DNA from: Heterodontus francisci
Lineage: Eukaryota
Direction of reading: 5' to 3'
Assembly: GCF_036365525.1 (NCBI RefSeq)
Contig: NC_090411.1
Location: forward strand, 33,202,804-33,266,803
Length of the DNA: 64,000 nt
Positions 23,985 to 36,620 of the stretch are shown here, piece after piece (within the stretch, counting starts at the first letter, position 1; each line of letters starts with the position of its first letter). The notes beneath the pieces were generated by a model. It worked only from the letters and a program-made list of their open reading frames with translations. It did no database searches and was not told the DNA's origin. A program made the translations under genes and the position numbers.

Positions 23985-24390
23985 GTCTCTGGAGTTTAGA
24001 AGAGTGAGAGGTGATCTCATTGAAACATAGAAAGTTCTCAGTGGGCTTGACCGGGTAGTTGCTGAGATGCTGTTTCCCCCTGGCTGAAGAGTCTCGAACT
24101 AGGGGTCACAGGCCCAGGATAAGGAGTCAACCATTTAGGACCGAGATGAGGAGAAATGTCTTCACTTAGAAGGTTGTGAAACTTTGCAAGTTTCTACCCA
24201 GAGTGCTCTGAATGCTGAGTCGCTGAGTATATTCAAGACGACATCAATAGATTTTTGGGCACTAAGGAAATCAAGTGATAGGGGAAATAGGTTGGGGAAG
24301 TGTTGAGGTAGAAGGTCAGCCATTATTGAGTGGAGGAGCAAGCTCGAGGGTCCATGGCCTAGTCCTGCTCTTATTTCTTATTTTCTTAGT
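23985..24390 (+). mobile_element. CR1 LINE 3' fragment
   Basis: Peptide SLEFRRVRGDLIET and a CR1 tail. Confidence 0.7.
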
Positions 24391-26279
24391 CAAGGCATAA
24401 GCTGAAGTGCTGGTGGGATAGATAAACAGAGATGAGTAACATAGCTAAGATGAAGAAGACAATTGTTTCCACAGCTTAGCAAGACCATAACAAGTGGGCA
24501 CAAATTTAAGATGACCATAAGAAGCCATAATGGGAAAGGTTAGCAAAAAAAAACCCTTTTACACAAAGGATGATAGAAATGTAGAATTTTCTAACACCAA
24601 GCATTGTTGAAGTTGAATCCATTACCTCTTTCAAAAGGGAATTAGACACTAACTTGAAAAAAATATTAAGTGGAATTAGACTAGATGATTTATATGGAGG
24701 AAATCACTAGCACATACTGGATGGGGCCGAATGGCCTGTTTTCTGTGCTGGAGCATTCTAGATTCTGTCTGCTCTCCTCCATCTCCGGACCAAACATTTC
24801 ACGCTTTGCTGTTGTTGTGTTAACTTTAGTTACAGGTTACAGAAATCTCCTGTGAGATTCCAACATATTTGTTCATGTTATGATTAGATGTTTGGATCTG
24901 TTGGGATTTATTCTGCATTGACCCAGATTGTCCCTTTCTCTGCTTCTATTTCGAGGGATATGCGGTGGCTTCTGATTGTCCTTTCACCCTCCCACTGTCT
25001 CCAGGTCAGAAAGCTGAGCTATGTTTTCCTTCTGCTCTTGACCAGAAGCTGTGACAACCCAGATTGTCTCCATTTTTGTTCCCAGAAGGTGGGGGTGGGG
25101 GAAATGTGGGCACAGAATGTGCAAACTGTATATTGCCCCTCCACCCTTTTCCTGGATGCGGGGGATTTGAGTGAGGATAGCGTGTTGCATCCCATTGTTG
25201 GGTGTAAGGCTGAGTGTGCGAAGGGGAATGCTTTAAGAAATAAGGCTTAAAGCGCTGGTTTTGTTCGGTAACATATGCAGATTCAAGTTTACCTTACTTT
25301 AAGCCAAGCCCTTATGAGCATAACATATATTGAAAAGAGAAGGCAACTCCATGTGGTCTCTACACATCATTGTCCACAACCATTTCCTCCCTTCTGGAAC
25401 GGAATCTAAGAATTGGTGCGGAGCATTCATGAGGGCCTAATTTCCCCTCTGCCTTATTTTATGCCTGTTTGCTCAGTCAGTCGCACTTTCCCCTCTGAAT
25501 CTGGAGATTCTGGGTTCGAATCCCACTCCAGGACACGAAGGCTCTATTGAAGCTGACACTCCAGCACAGCATGACGGGATTCTGCATTTCTTGACGTGTC
25601 TTGGGATGAGTCATTAAAGTGATGGCTTGTCTGCGGTTCTGGTGGATGTTAAAGATCTCCATGGTGGAATCAGAACTTCACTGACCAACAACATCCCCTC
25701 AACCAACCACCACCAAAAGACGTTCATCTCATTGTTGTTTGTTGGAATGTACTGTGATTAAAATGACTGGGTGTCTTCACCAATGTAACATTCAATGCAC
25801 GCCAAAGTAATTCATCCTGTGTGAAAATGTTTGAGAGTTGTGATAAGGCACAAAATACATACAAATCTTCATTTCTGTTTTATAGTCTGTTAAGCGTTGT
25901 TGCACTATTGATGGAACAAGCAACCTTTGATATGTATCGTTGGTGATATGTGTTACCATTTAATGAGTTACAATTACATCTTACCATGCCTTTTGTAAAG
26001 GACTGTTTCCAAACGTGGCCCATGGCTATGAACCAAAATATGACCTGATGCACAAAGTAATCTGGGAGGTAGTGTGCTCTAGGTTAATAATAAACCCATT
26101 TACCATTTAATAGGTTGATCGGAAACAGCAACTCATGCTACTCTGACTTGTTGTAATTCTCAGGCTCAAGCTACGAATCGGGTTTATTCAGAAGTAAAAT
26201 TAAGCAGAAGCAAGAGCAAACACAGCAGATTTGACTAGCTTGCAAAAGTTTATTCAGTGTGCGTTCCCTGTTTCAAAGC

Positions 26280-26320
26280 AATAAAGTCTTGTGTTGTTTG
26301 TACTGTGCTCTGTTCTGTTA
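26280..26320 (+). terminator. Candidate polyadenylation signal, possibly for the Kir6 gene
   Basis: AATAAA at 26280-26285 followed by a GT-rich element (gtcttgtgttgtttgtactgtgctctgttctg). A second AATAAA lies at 26089. Confidence 0.3.
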
Positions 26321-27107
26321 AACTTTTACTTAGGCCTGTGATGCAACTTTTATATGTGAAATGAGATATTCAAGGAGTGTTCCATTAACCCCAGTTTAAT
26401 GGTTACCTGGTGAAGCAGAAATACATCAAAGAAACCTTCATACGGGACACATTATACTCCCTCTTTTCCTTGAAGTGAGACAAAGGAGGATCAAAAGGTA
26501 TCTTTTACAATTGAATGAAGCAGTCAATTATAAATAAGTTTCAAAAGACATACACAAACTGTCAGCTTTCCTGGCATAATGCTTATGAATGTGAAACAAA
26601 GCAAGTCTTGGATAGTAAGTGATAGCGTTCTCCTCCCTCTTGCCTGATAGACACAAGCGTGTCCACCTTGGTGTGACAATTGCACAGCCCATGAAGAAAT
26701 GTAACCAATTAATAGCCTGGTGATTTAACATTAGCTGTACTAGTGCCTGGATGAAACTAATTTCTAACACTTGTTAGGCTGTCCACCGAGATAGAGATGA
26801 CTGATCTTCTTTCCAAGTGGTATCTGCAAGAGAGAGAATCTGCATATCACAAACACACAGACAAGCTCACTTGCGGAACACCTCCGCTCAGTCCGCAAGC
26901 AGGACCCCGAGCCTCTGGTTGCTTGCCATTTCAACACTCCCCCCTGCTCTCATGCTCACATCTCTGTCCTGGGATTGCTGCAGTGTTCCAGTGAACATCA
27001 ACTCAAGCTCGAGGAACAGCATCTCATTTACCGATAAGGCGCGCCAAAGCCTGCTGGACTGACCATTGAGTTCAATAATTTCAGAGCATGGGCCCCTCAT
27101 TTCACTT

Positions 27108-27457
27108 TTATTTATTTAGAGATACAGCACTGAAACAGGCCCTTCGGCCCACCGAGTCTGTGCCGACCATCAACCACCCATTTATACTAATCCTACACTA
27201 ATTCCATATTCCTACCACATCCCCACCTGTCCCTATATTTCCCTACCACCTACCTATACTATGGGCAATTTATAAAGGCCAATTTACCTATCAACCTGCA
27301 AGTCTTTGGCATGTGGGAGGAAACCGGAGCACCCGGAGAAAACCCACGCAGACACAGGGAGAACTTGCAAACTCCACACAGGCAGTACCCAGAATTGAAC
27401 CCGGGTCGCTGGAGCTGTGAGGCTACGGCGCTAACCACTGCGCCACTGTGCCGCCCC
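27108..27457 (-). mobile_element. V-SINE (HE1-like), full length
   Basis: tRNA-like head ggggcggcacagtggcgcagtggttagc, V-domain gtgtggagtttgcaagttctccctgtgtctgcgtggg and a CR1-derived tail. Confidence 0.85.
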
Positions 27458-27637
27458 AATTTTTTCCTTTTTCCTTTGTTTAAATTTTTTTTTGTGTTTA
27501 TTTTATTTTATTTCATCTTAGTTTGTTCAGTTTGCTTACCTACTGTTTTTTTTTTCATGTTTGTACTTGCGACTGTTCAATTTTCAGTCCATTAACACCC
27601 TATCTGTACTAATGCTTAGTCTTTCAACACACAGTGT

Positions 27638-27972
27638 TGCAGTGGCGCAGTGGTTAGCACCGCAGCCTCACAGCTCCAGGGACCCGGGTTCGATTCTGGG
27701 TACTGCCTGTGCGGAGTTTGCAAGTTCTCCCTGTGTCTGCGTGGGTTTCCTCCGGGTGCTCCGGTTTCCTCCCACATGCCAAAGACTTGCAGGTTAATTG
27801 GCCATTATAAATTGCCCCTAGTATAGGTAGGTGGTAGGGAAATATATAGGGACAGGTGGGGATGTGATAGGAATATGGGATTAGTCTAGGATTAGTATAA
27901 ATGGGTGGTTGATGGTTGGCACAGACTCGGTGGGCCGAAGGGCCTGTTTCAGTGCTGTATCACTAAACTAAA
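27638..27972 (+). mobile_element. V-SINE (HE1-like)
   Basis: Same head, V-domain and tail, in the opposite orientation to 27108-27457. Confidence 0.85.
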
Positions 27973-28349
27973 CACAATTAACATATTGTTTGCCTTTGCT
28001 CCACGACCTTCTAGTCAGCTATTCTGTGACCTTGTCCTATCTACACCTTCTTCTTTGTTATCTCTTGCCCCACCCCCGCTTTACTTGTTAAGAACCTTTT
28101 ATATTTCTAATATTTGCCAGTTTTGTAGAAGGGTCACTGACCTGAAACATTACCTCTGCTTCTCTTTCCACAGATGCTGCCAGACCTGCTGAGTATTTCC
28201 AGTATTTCTTATTTTTATTTCAGATTTCCAGCATCCGCAGTATTTTGATTTTATTTAAGATCACTTCTGATCCTGGGACAAGAGGGTTGAACTATGAGGA
28301 GAGATTGAATAGAATGGGTCTATTTTCTCTGGAGTTTATTTAGCCTTGT

Positions 28350-28668
28350 TTATTTATTTTATTTAGAGATACAGAACTGAAACAGGCCCTTCGGCCCACC
28401 GAGTCTGTGCCGACCAACAACCACCCATTTATACTAACCCTACAGTAATCCCATATTCCCTATCACCTACCTACACTAGGGGCAATTTACAATGGCCAAT
28501 TTACCTATCACCTGCAAGTCTTTAGATGTGGGAGGAAACCGGAGCACCCGGAGAAAACCCACACAGACACAGGGAGAACTTGCAAACTCCACACAGGCAG
28601 TACCCAGAATCGAACCCGGGTCCCTGGAGCTGTGAGGCTGCGGTGCTAACCATTGCGCCACTGTGCCG
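28350..28668 (-). mobile_element. V-SINE (HE1-like)
   Basis: Same family. Inserted in a CR1 fragment (ctggagttt...agaggtgatctgattgaaac). Confidence 0.85.
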
Positions 28669-29334
28669 CAAGAGGTGATCTGATTGAAACATATAAGGGA
28701 TGGCCTCCCATGGTGCAATGATCAAAATTGTGAATGCGCAACAGGGCAGAATTGGAGGAGCACAGAGATCTCGGAGGGTTGTGAGGCTGGAGGAGGTTAC
28801 AGGTATAGGGATGGGGGCGAGGCCATTGGGGGGGATTTGAAAACAAGGATGAGAACTTTAAAATGGAGCTGCTGCCAGACTGGGAGCCAATATAGGTCAG
28901 TCTATATTTACAACATCTAGACAAGCCACTTTCATGTGTGCCATTTCTGACAGATACGTCCTTTAAAGGTGCGGGTCAAAGGCTGGCTGACTGGAGTCCA
29001 GAGAGATTGAGCAGCACAGTTAGGAGATTAATGGCAACACCGAGTCAGTGATAGGGACTTCATCCAGAGTAGAACAGTGAGAGCATTATTGTGCTGTGCC
29101 AAAGACTGGAACTGCCAATGCTCCTTACACCCAGGTCCCTATTGGACTACGCAAGGCACTTTCTCACTTCAAGGGGAAATTGGAGGCAAAGTGTTGGCAG
29201 GGACTTCCATCTGTCAGGTGGAGTTGGCAGATGCCTTGGGGTGGGTTCCTCATCTGTTACAGGGAGAGTAACCCGTTTTAAGCAGTGAGATTTGATTGTG
29301 AATGTCTCTGATTCAACAAGGGTATTCCATTTGT

Positions 29335-29600
29335 GGGGGAGACCAGATCTAGGGGGCCATCAATATAAGACAATCACTAATAAATCCAATACGGAATTCA
29401 GGAGAAACTTCTTTACCCAGAGAGTGGTGAGAATGTGGAACTCGCTACCACAGGGAGTGGTTGAGGTGAATAGTATAGATGGATTTAAAGGGAAGCTGGG
29501 TAAACACATGAGGGAGAAAGGAATAGAAGGATATGGTGATAGGGTGAGATGAAGAGGGGGTAGGAGGAGGCTCATGTGGAGCATAAACACAGCATAAAGC
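29335..29600 (+). mobile_element. CR1 LINE 3' end
   Basis: Peptide EFRRNFFTQRVVRMWNSLPQGVVE. A related copy lies on the minus strand at about 8690-9000. Confidence 0.75.
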
Positions 29601-30140
29601 CATTGGGATTTTGAGGTTTAAGATGCAGTGATTGGCATAGTTAGTAAGGCATAGTGTTTGGGTGACGGAGTTCTGGAAGAAATGGGTAACAGGTCATATT
29701 GATCAATATCAGGAAATGTCAGCTCAACACAGCTCCTATTGAGCAGATCACTTCTGCAGGAGCTTTATCCTTCCATTTGTTTCAGAATTGATGAGACCAT
29801 CTTACTTAGTGCTGGGCAGAGACTGAAGCTTGTTTTTCCGGTGTAGATAAGACGACAAAGAATTATTTACAGCCCGGAGGCTGATTGTTACTTGTGTAAA
29901 GTTTATACTGCATCAGTCACTGAGGCTGGTGTATAACAGGATCATACAGAACAGAAGATCTCAGTTATGATCCCAGGACTGTGCTGATTGCAGCCAAAGT
30001 GATGGCCTGCAGCTCTTAGGCTAGGAGAGGGAGGGGTGAGAGATCTCCTCCCGCTTCCGTACCAGCATTTTCTGCTTGGATGTAACGTGTTTGTGGACTG
30101 AACTAGGCTCAGCTGCCATCTCCTCATCCTCCTGACAGGC

Positions 30141-30410
30141 TTTTTTCACCCAAAAATATACTTTTGTCAGAAAATTTAACACAGTTCAGCTGCGGCAGTA
30201 AAATGCATTACAGATCAATTGGTCAAAGACACTCTGGGGTGTTTCACGCTACTTACAATGATGTTTGCACCCACCCTTACATCGCATTTCAATATTTTCT
30301 GAAATTATCTGCCCGAGGGGTTTTACACTGATCCGAGCCCACTCTGGGAGCTATGGTGGGAGGATCCTAAACTTTGGCCTTTCCCCATTTGAGCCTTTGC
30401 AGTGGCTCCT
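30141..30410 (-). mobile_element. Diverged 3' end of a Tx1-like LINE
   Basis: Reverse complement gcaaaggctcaaatggggaaaggccaaagtttaggatcctcccacc matches 36324-36370. Confidence 0.55.
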
Positions 30411-30519
30411 GACACTCATACACGAAGAGTAACAATTTTTGGGGAAAGTTGCAGAGGAACCAGTGGAATATATTCCAGCAAGAGTCAGACAACAACAACT
30501 TTCATTGAGATAGCATCAT

Positions 30520-31600
30520 AAAGAGTCATAGAGTCATTTACGGCACAGAAGGAGGCCAGTCAGCCCATCGAGTCCATGCCGGTTCTCCGTGGAGTTACTC
30601 TGTCAGTTTCCACTCCCCAGCTTGATCCCCATAGCCCTCCAACTCTATTTCTCTCAGGTGGCCATCCAACTTCCTCTTAAACTCATTGATCACCTCCACT
30701 TCCACCACTGGGCAGTCATTTCGAGGTCATTACCACCTGCTGTGTAAAAAAGTGCTTCCTCATATTCCCGCTGCATCTTTTGCCCAAAACTTTCAATTTG
30801 TGTCCCCTAGTCCTTATTCCATTAGTTAATGGGAACAGTTTTTTCTTGTCTAACCTATCTAAGCCTGTCATAATCTTGTACACTTCTATTAAATCTCCCC
30901 TCAATCTCCTTTGTTCTAAGGAGAACAAACCTTTTCCAATCTAACCTTGTAAATAAAATCCTCCATCCCTGGAACCATTCTGGTAAATCTCCTCTGCACC
31001 CTCTCAAGGACCCTCACATCCTTCCTGAAGTGTGGTGACCAAAACTGGATGCAATACTCCAGTTGGTGCCTAACCAGAGCTTTATAAAGGTTCAGCATAA
31101 CTTCCCTGCTTTGTAATCAATGCCTCTATTTATGACACCTAAGATCTCATATGCTTTATTCACTACTCTCTCAATATGTTCTGCCACCTTCAAAGATCAA
31201 TGCATATGCACCCAGAGGCCCCTCTGTTCCTGCACACTCTTTAGAACTTTGCCATTAAGTATATATTGCCTCTCCCTATTCCTTCTGTCAAAATGCATCA
31301 CCTCACACTTGTCAGTATTAAATTCTATCTGCCAACTCTCTGCTCATTCTGCTAGCCTATCTATGTCCTGTCGCAGGCAGTTCATATCATCCTCACTATT
31401 TGCCACACTTCCTAGTTTGGTGTCATCAGCAAATTTTGAGATACTCCTCTATATTCTAAGATCCAACTCATTTATATATAGCAAAAAAAGCAGTGGTCCC
31501 AGCACTGACCCTTGGGGAACACCATTGATTACCATCGTCTAGTCTGAAAAACAACCATTTACTACGACTCGCTGTTTTCTGTCCTTAAGCCAATTTTTTT
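30520..31600 (-). mobile_element. 5'-truncated CR1 LINE (RT domain)
   Basis: Minus strand encodes GVPQGSVLGPLLF, KFADDTKL, LYKALVRHQLEYCIQFWSP and SLEQRRLRGDLIEVYKIM. Confidence 0.88.
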
Positions 31601-33804
31601 ATTATATCGCGCCTTTAACATAGTAATCAAACAAACTTTGACGCTGAGCCACATAAGGAGATATTAGGACAGGTGACCAAAAGCTTGGTCAAAGAGGTAG
31701 TGTCTTAAAGGAGGAGAAAGAAGTTGAGAGATCGAAGGAGGGAGTCAACCAGGTTCCACTTTGATGCTGTGTTGGGGCAGAAGCTGGACCTCTACAATGG
31801 GTCTCATGTCCCTGGGTTGAGGAGGGAGAAAATCAGGCAAAACCCCTGCCTTTGTTTGCTACCCAGTAACTTCTGCGGAAGGTGTGGGCACAGGATCAGA
31901 CATACTTGTGATGTTACATAAGAAATAGTAGCAGGAGAAGGCCATTCGGCCCTTCGAGCCTGCTCCTGCATTCAATATGCTCATGATGTTCATGGTTGAG
32001 CAGACTGCTGACACCCGTTCATGAGGCTTGCTTGGGGAATGTTTTGGGAAGTGCAACTATTCCCGAGCAAGAGATGTTCAGGAAAGGATGAGGAAATTGG
32101 AGGGAAACAAAATCTATAACCTTGTCTTTACTGATAGGAACAGGAGGCCATTCAGCCCCTTCAGCCTGTTCTGTCATTCAATGACATCATGGCTGATCTG
32201 ACATATTGTAGCTTAAAATAGGTTTATCGATTCATTCAGGAAATAGGGATCAAGATGGATTTTTTTCCTCTCTCTGTAACCCAAGACACTGAGGTGCTGC
32301 TTTGCTACTTGGCAGAGTTCAGTAAAATAATCACAGGCCAGGGATTGAAGCCAGAATTTTCCTGTATGACTCAGCACTATGACGCATTGACCCTTCATGA
32401 TTCATGAGGAAAGTTTCCAATTAAGAGTTAGGTGGACATGCCAGTTTTCAAACAAGAGCCAGGAGTCCTAGGAATGCCTCAGCCAACACGTCTCTTCCAA
32501 CCAACACCACCAAACATAGACTAACTAGTCATCCATCTCATTTGCTGTCTGTGGAATCTTGCTGTGCACAAGTTAGCTACTGCTTTTGCCCAATAACACT
32601 GATTGCACTTGAAAATTAATTCACTTCATGTGCATAGCTTTGGGATGTTTCTGAGAGATGCGATTAGGCACTATTTAAATGTGCGTCCTGCGCACAGCAA
32701 GCTCCCACAAACAGCAATGTGAAACCTACAAAATACTTAAAGGGATAGACAAGGTAGATGCTTGGAGAACTCTTCTCATCTTCTTCAAATAGTGCATTGG
32801 AATCTTTTACATCCACCTGAGAGAGCAGATGGGTCCCCATTTAACTTCTCATCAGAAAGTCAGCACTCTCTCAGTACAGCACTGGGACCATTGGCCTAAA
32901 TTATATGCTCAAGTCTCTGGAGTGGGACTCGAACTCGACATTCTGACTTAGTGGGTCGTGAGAGTGCTGTCCACTGAGTCATGTCTGACACCTATGATGG
33001 CATGTGACCCTGAACTGCCAGTGAAGGTGTGGTGTCTCTTTAAGAGAGTCGATGAACTCCTGACCCTCGAGTCTGGAAGCAGGCCTGCCAAAACTCGCAG
33101 CCTCTTGACTGGCACTCAGCTCAGTCCACTCCCCCAGGACATGCCTCAGGAAGGTGCCCCCCAGCAAGTTGCGATCTCCCACCCACCTCTCTGCAAACCC
33201 CCCAGCTGGATAGTGTCCGGGCCACTATATTAAACATGGGTTTGATTGGCAGAAAGGCAATGAATCACTTCCTCATCCACATACCACAGGAATGCTAACA
33301 ATGCAGCACCTCCCCAAGCATGCAGCTGCCCTCAGGGTCTTAGTGCTCTATAGAAACTGAGCAGGAATAGGGAAGAAAAACAGACACAATGAATTAAATG
33401 AAAAAAGGGGTTAAATACAAGTGGAGTAAAGAGAGAGACAAACTAAGTGGTGACAGATATTGTAATAGATTTGTTTGTGACTGGAAAGTATTTTAAGCTC
33501 TTCGCATATTGCTGTTTGAGGTAGCTTGCTGTGTGCCACAATTCCTATATTACAATAATAAACCTCAAAAGGAGTGCATTGACTGTAAAGTACTCAGGTA
33601 GGTCCTGAACTTGTGAAAGACGCTTTTAAAGGCAAGTTCTTCCTTTCCCAGCCAGGGCTGTTGAAGGCCACAGCCCACTTATTATCTCTTTCTGACAGAT
33701 ACAGGGCTATGAAGGGGGCCTGGGCACACATGGAACAGCAGGCCTGCCAAGAGTCATGGAGGAGAGCAAGATGGATTGCAATTACTTCTTGGTGGTGTTG
33801 GTTT

Positions 33805-34240
33805 TGGCTCGGTGAGATAGCACTCTCACCGCTGAGTCAGAAGGATGTGGATTCAAACCCTGCTTCAAAGACTTGAGCACAATATCTGGTCCGAAGCACC
33901 ATTACTGAGGGAGTGCTGCACCGTCAGATAAGATGTTAAAAAAGGTGGCCTTGTCTGCCCTTTAAGATGGGCATCAACGATCTCGATGAATGATTGGAAG
34001 AAGAACAGGGGAGTTCTCCCCGGTGTCCTGGCCAATATTTATCCTTCAACCAACATCACTAAAAATAGATGATCTGGCCATTATCTCATTGCTATTTTTG
34101 GGAGCTTGCTGTGCATCATTTGGCTGCCATTTTCCCTACAACAGTGGCTGCACTTCAAATGTAGCTCGTTGGCTGTTTTGTGACATCCTGAGGTCACGAG
34201 AGATTCTATATTGAGGCAAGTCTTTCTTTTTCTTTTCTTT
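33805..34240 (+). mobile_element. Deu-domain SINE
   Basis: tRNA-like head, core gggagttctccccggtgtcctggccaatatttatcc and tail gcaagtctttcttt. Confidence 0.7.
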
Positions 34241-34854
34241 CTTGACCACCTGAAGTATTTATCCTTCAGTTTGAGAGGCTGCCTGGGTGTGCAGGGATGA
34301 GGGGGTGGATGCGTGGAGAGGGAGGGTACAAGGAGGGAGTGAACTGGGAAACATAAACATTAACATCTTTAAAGTTGCTGGTGTTTCATCAGATTCCATG
34401 AACAATCCTTCTGCACAAAGAGAGAAACGTCCAAACCCAGAGTTTGACATTCTAGCTTATCAGAGCTCCTGATGGTGCCAATATCACTCAGTAACCACTA
34501 GTTAAATAGGAATTTCAAAGCAGGAAGGCTTACTGACTCATTTTCATTTGCATTCCCCTCTCCGGCAGCCAGAAAATAGACCAAATCAAATCTCAATCTT
34601 AACCCTTAATGATCCAGATCATTTCTCAGTAATTTGGGTAACAGTTTCCTTCACTCCACCTGCCAACACTCCCCCACCCACCAACACTCCCCCTACCTAC
34701 CAACCCCGTAACCCCCACTTAAGCTTGCAACAACTCGGAAGATGTATTTATATTCCAGCTGGAAATGACTGGTGGAATTAGCTTTTGAGCCGTGGGTCAG
34801 GACACTGGGCTTTCAACGTCAAAGTCTGGGGCTCCAGATTTAGGTAAAAAAGGA

Positions 34855-35295
34855 TGAAGAAAGACTTACATTTATATAGCGCCTTTCACAACCTCAGGAT
34901 GACACAAAGTGCTTTACAGCCAATGAAGTACTTTTGAAGTGTAGTCACTGTTGTAATGTAGGAAAACGCAGCAGCCGATTTGTGCACAGCAAGATCCCAC
35001 AAACAGCAATGTGCAACGCGATGTTGGTTGAGGGATAAACACTGTTCCAGGACGCCAGGGAGAACTCTCCTGGCCCTCTTCAAAGTATTGTCATGGGATC
35101 TTTTACATCAGGTAGATGGGGCCTCGGTTTTAACGTCTCACCTGAAAGATGGCACCTCGAACAGTGCAACATTCCCTCAGTACTGCAGTGGGAGTGTCAG
35201 CCTTGATTTTGTGCTCAAGTCTCTAGAGTGGGACTTGAAACTACAACCTTTGATTCAGAGGTGAGGGTGTTATCTACTGAGCCACAATTGACACC
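34855..35295 (-). mobile_element. Deu-domain SINE
   Basis: Reverse complement of the same head, core and tail. Confidence 0.72.
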
Positions 35296-35355
35296 TTAAT
35301 GTCATTAAGGATGCAATGATGGTGGGAAAGTCCCAACTCAGTCTCTGCTCGGTTT

Positions 35356-36620
35356 AACCTGGTCATCAGGTGCGAGGCGCTCACGTTGTTGCTGTACGTG
35401 GCGCAGGTCTGGCTCATACCCCACTCCTGCGCTGTGGCGGTCACCCGAGGCATTTTCCGCTTCATCTGGACAGGGTCCGGAGGGACAAAATGTTCAAACC
35501 TCTGGATAAGGGCGGGAAAAATGTACCCAACATCGCCCTCATCCTGATGACCACCTTCGTGTGCGGCTGCATCAAGCTGTATGTAGAGCCCCAGTATGCA
35601 AACTCCAAGTGTCACTACGTGCTGAGGTTCTATCTGTCCCCGGTGTTGTGAAGGATGGGCCTGGTCACATTGCTGCGGAATGCTTCATCCAGTTGGACCG
35701 TGCCGTACCACCTATCCTTCATGGAAAAGTTTCTGCGGAAAAACACCTTTGACCACCAATCCATCAGGTAGTGGTCTGCACGGAATGTCCTCAAGGGCCT
35801 ACAGGAAAAGGAGATGGTGGATCCTGTGGTATGGTTCCTCGAGCAGACCGTCAAAGTCATTTGGCGGAATGCCTCATCACCAGAACTTTCAAACAAACAC
35901 CAAGATGTAGCTTGGCTGGTGGTGAGAAGAGCCCTCCCCGTCAGATCCTTCATGCACGCCCGAAGTCTCACAATGCCCTCAAGGTGGCTGTGGTGGAGAA
36001 GAGATGGTTGCTCACCTCCTTCTGGAATGTGTCTTTGCAAAGCAGGTGTGGAAAGAGATGCAGTGGTTTTTGTCGCGGTTCATCCCAAGCAGCTCTGTAA
36101 CACAGGCGTCTGTGCTCTACGGGCTGTTCCCAGGGACGCACACCGAGACAAACATCAACTACTGCTGGAGGACTATCAATTCGGTGAAAGACGCTCTTTG
36201 GACTGCCCGAAACTTGCTGGTCTTCCAGCGCAAAGAGTTGTCCATGACTGAGTGTTGCAGACTGGCACATTCCAAGGTCCAAGACTACGTGCTGAGGGAC
36301 GCACTAAAGCTTGGGGCAGCCGCAGCAAAGGCTCAATGGGGAAAGACCACAGTGTAAGGTCCCCCCACCAAGCTGAACTGAGGGGCTGGATCCATGGGAA
36401 ACCCCTCGAACTGTATCCGGGAAATATTTGTTTGCTGTAAAATGTACATGACATGTAAAATGAAATGGAAGGGTTGTGAGGCAACTCACTCCTGTATTGA
36501 AGGAAACTGATCTCCTTTCCACTCTTTGTATTGTTTGACTTGGTGCTGTTTGGAACTGTTTTGTAATGTATTTTTTTACAGATTTTTATGAATAAAGTAT
36601 ATTTTGGAAATTTAAAAAAA
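35356..36620 (+). mobile_element. Tx1/L1-clade LINE, 5'-truncated (ORF2 C-terminus, 3' UTR, poly-A)
   Basis: Frameshifted peptides NLVIRCEALTLLLYVAQVW, LDKGGKNVPN, QDVAWLVVRRALPVR and HLLLECVFAKQVW...KDALWTARNLLVF (zf-RVT-like region). AATAAA at 36591, then an A-tract. Confidence 0.82.

Larger units (their letters stand above)
26873..28256 (+). mobile_element. Penelope-like retroelement 3' part (GIY-YIG endonuclease C-terminus plus pseudo-LTR), carrying two nested V-SINEs
   Basis: Frame from 26873 reads AEHLRSVRKQDPEPLVACHFNTPPCSHAHISVLGLLQCSSEHQLKLEEQHLIYR*GAPKPAGLTIEFNNFRA, a typical PLE GIY-YIG C-terminus. Ends in the gatgctgccagacctgctgag...cagtattttg repeat. Confidence 0.8.

Noticed and set aside
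27638-27710. tRNA genes at SINE heads (also 44575, 53016 and 57250)
   Set aside because: They have A/B boxes but run directly into V- or Deu-domains and LINE tails, so they are SINEs.
32958-33233. Non-repeat GC-richer block with 91-aa and 67-aa ORFs
   Set aside because: No convincing splice-site pair and no recognisable peptide.
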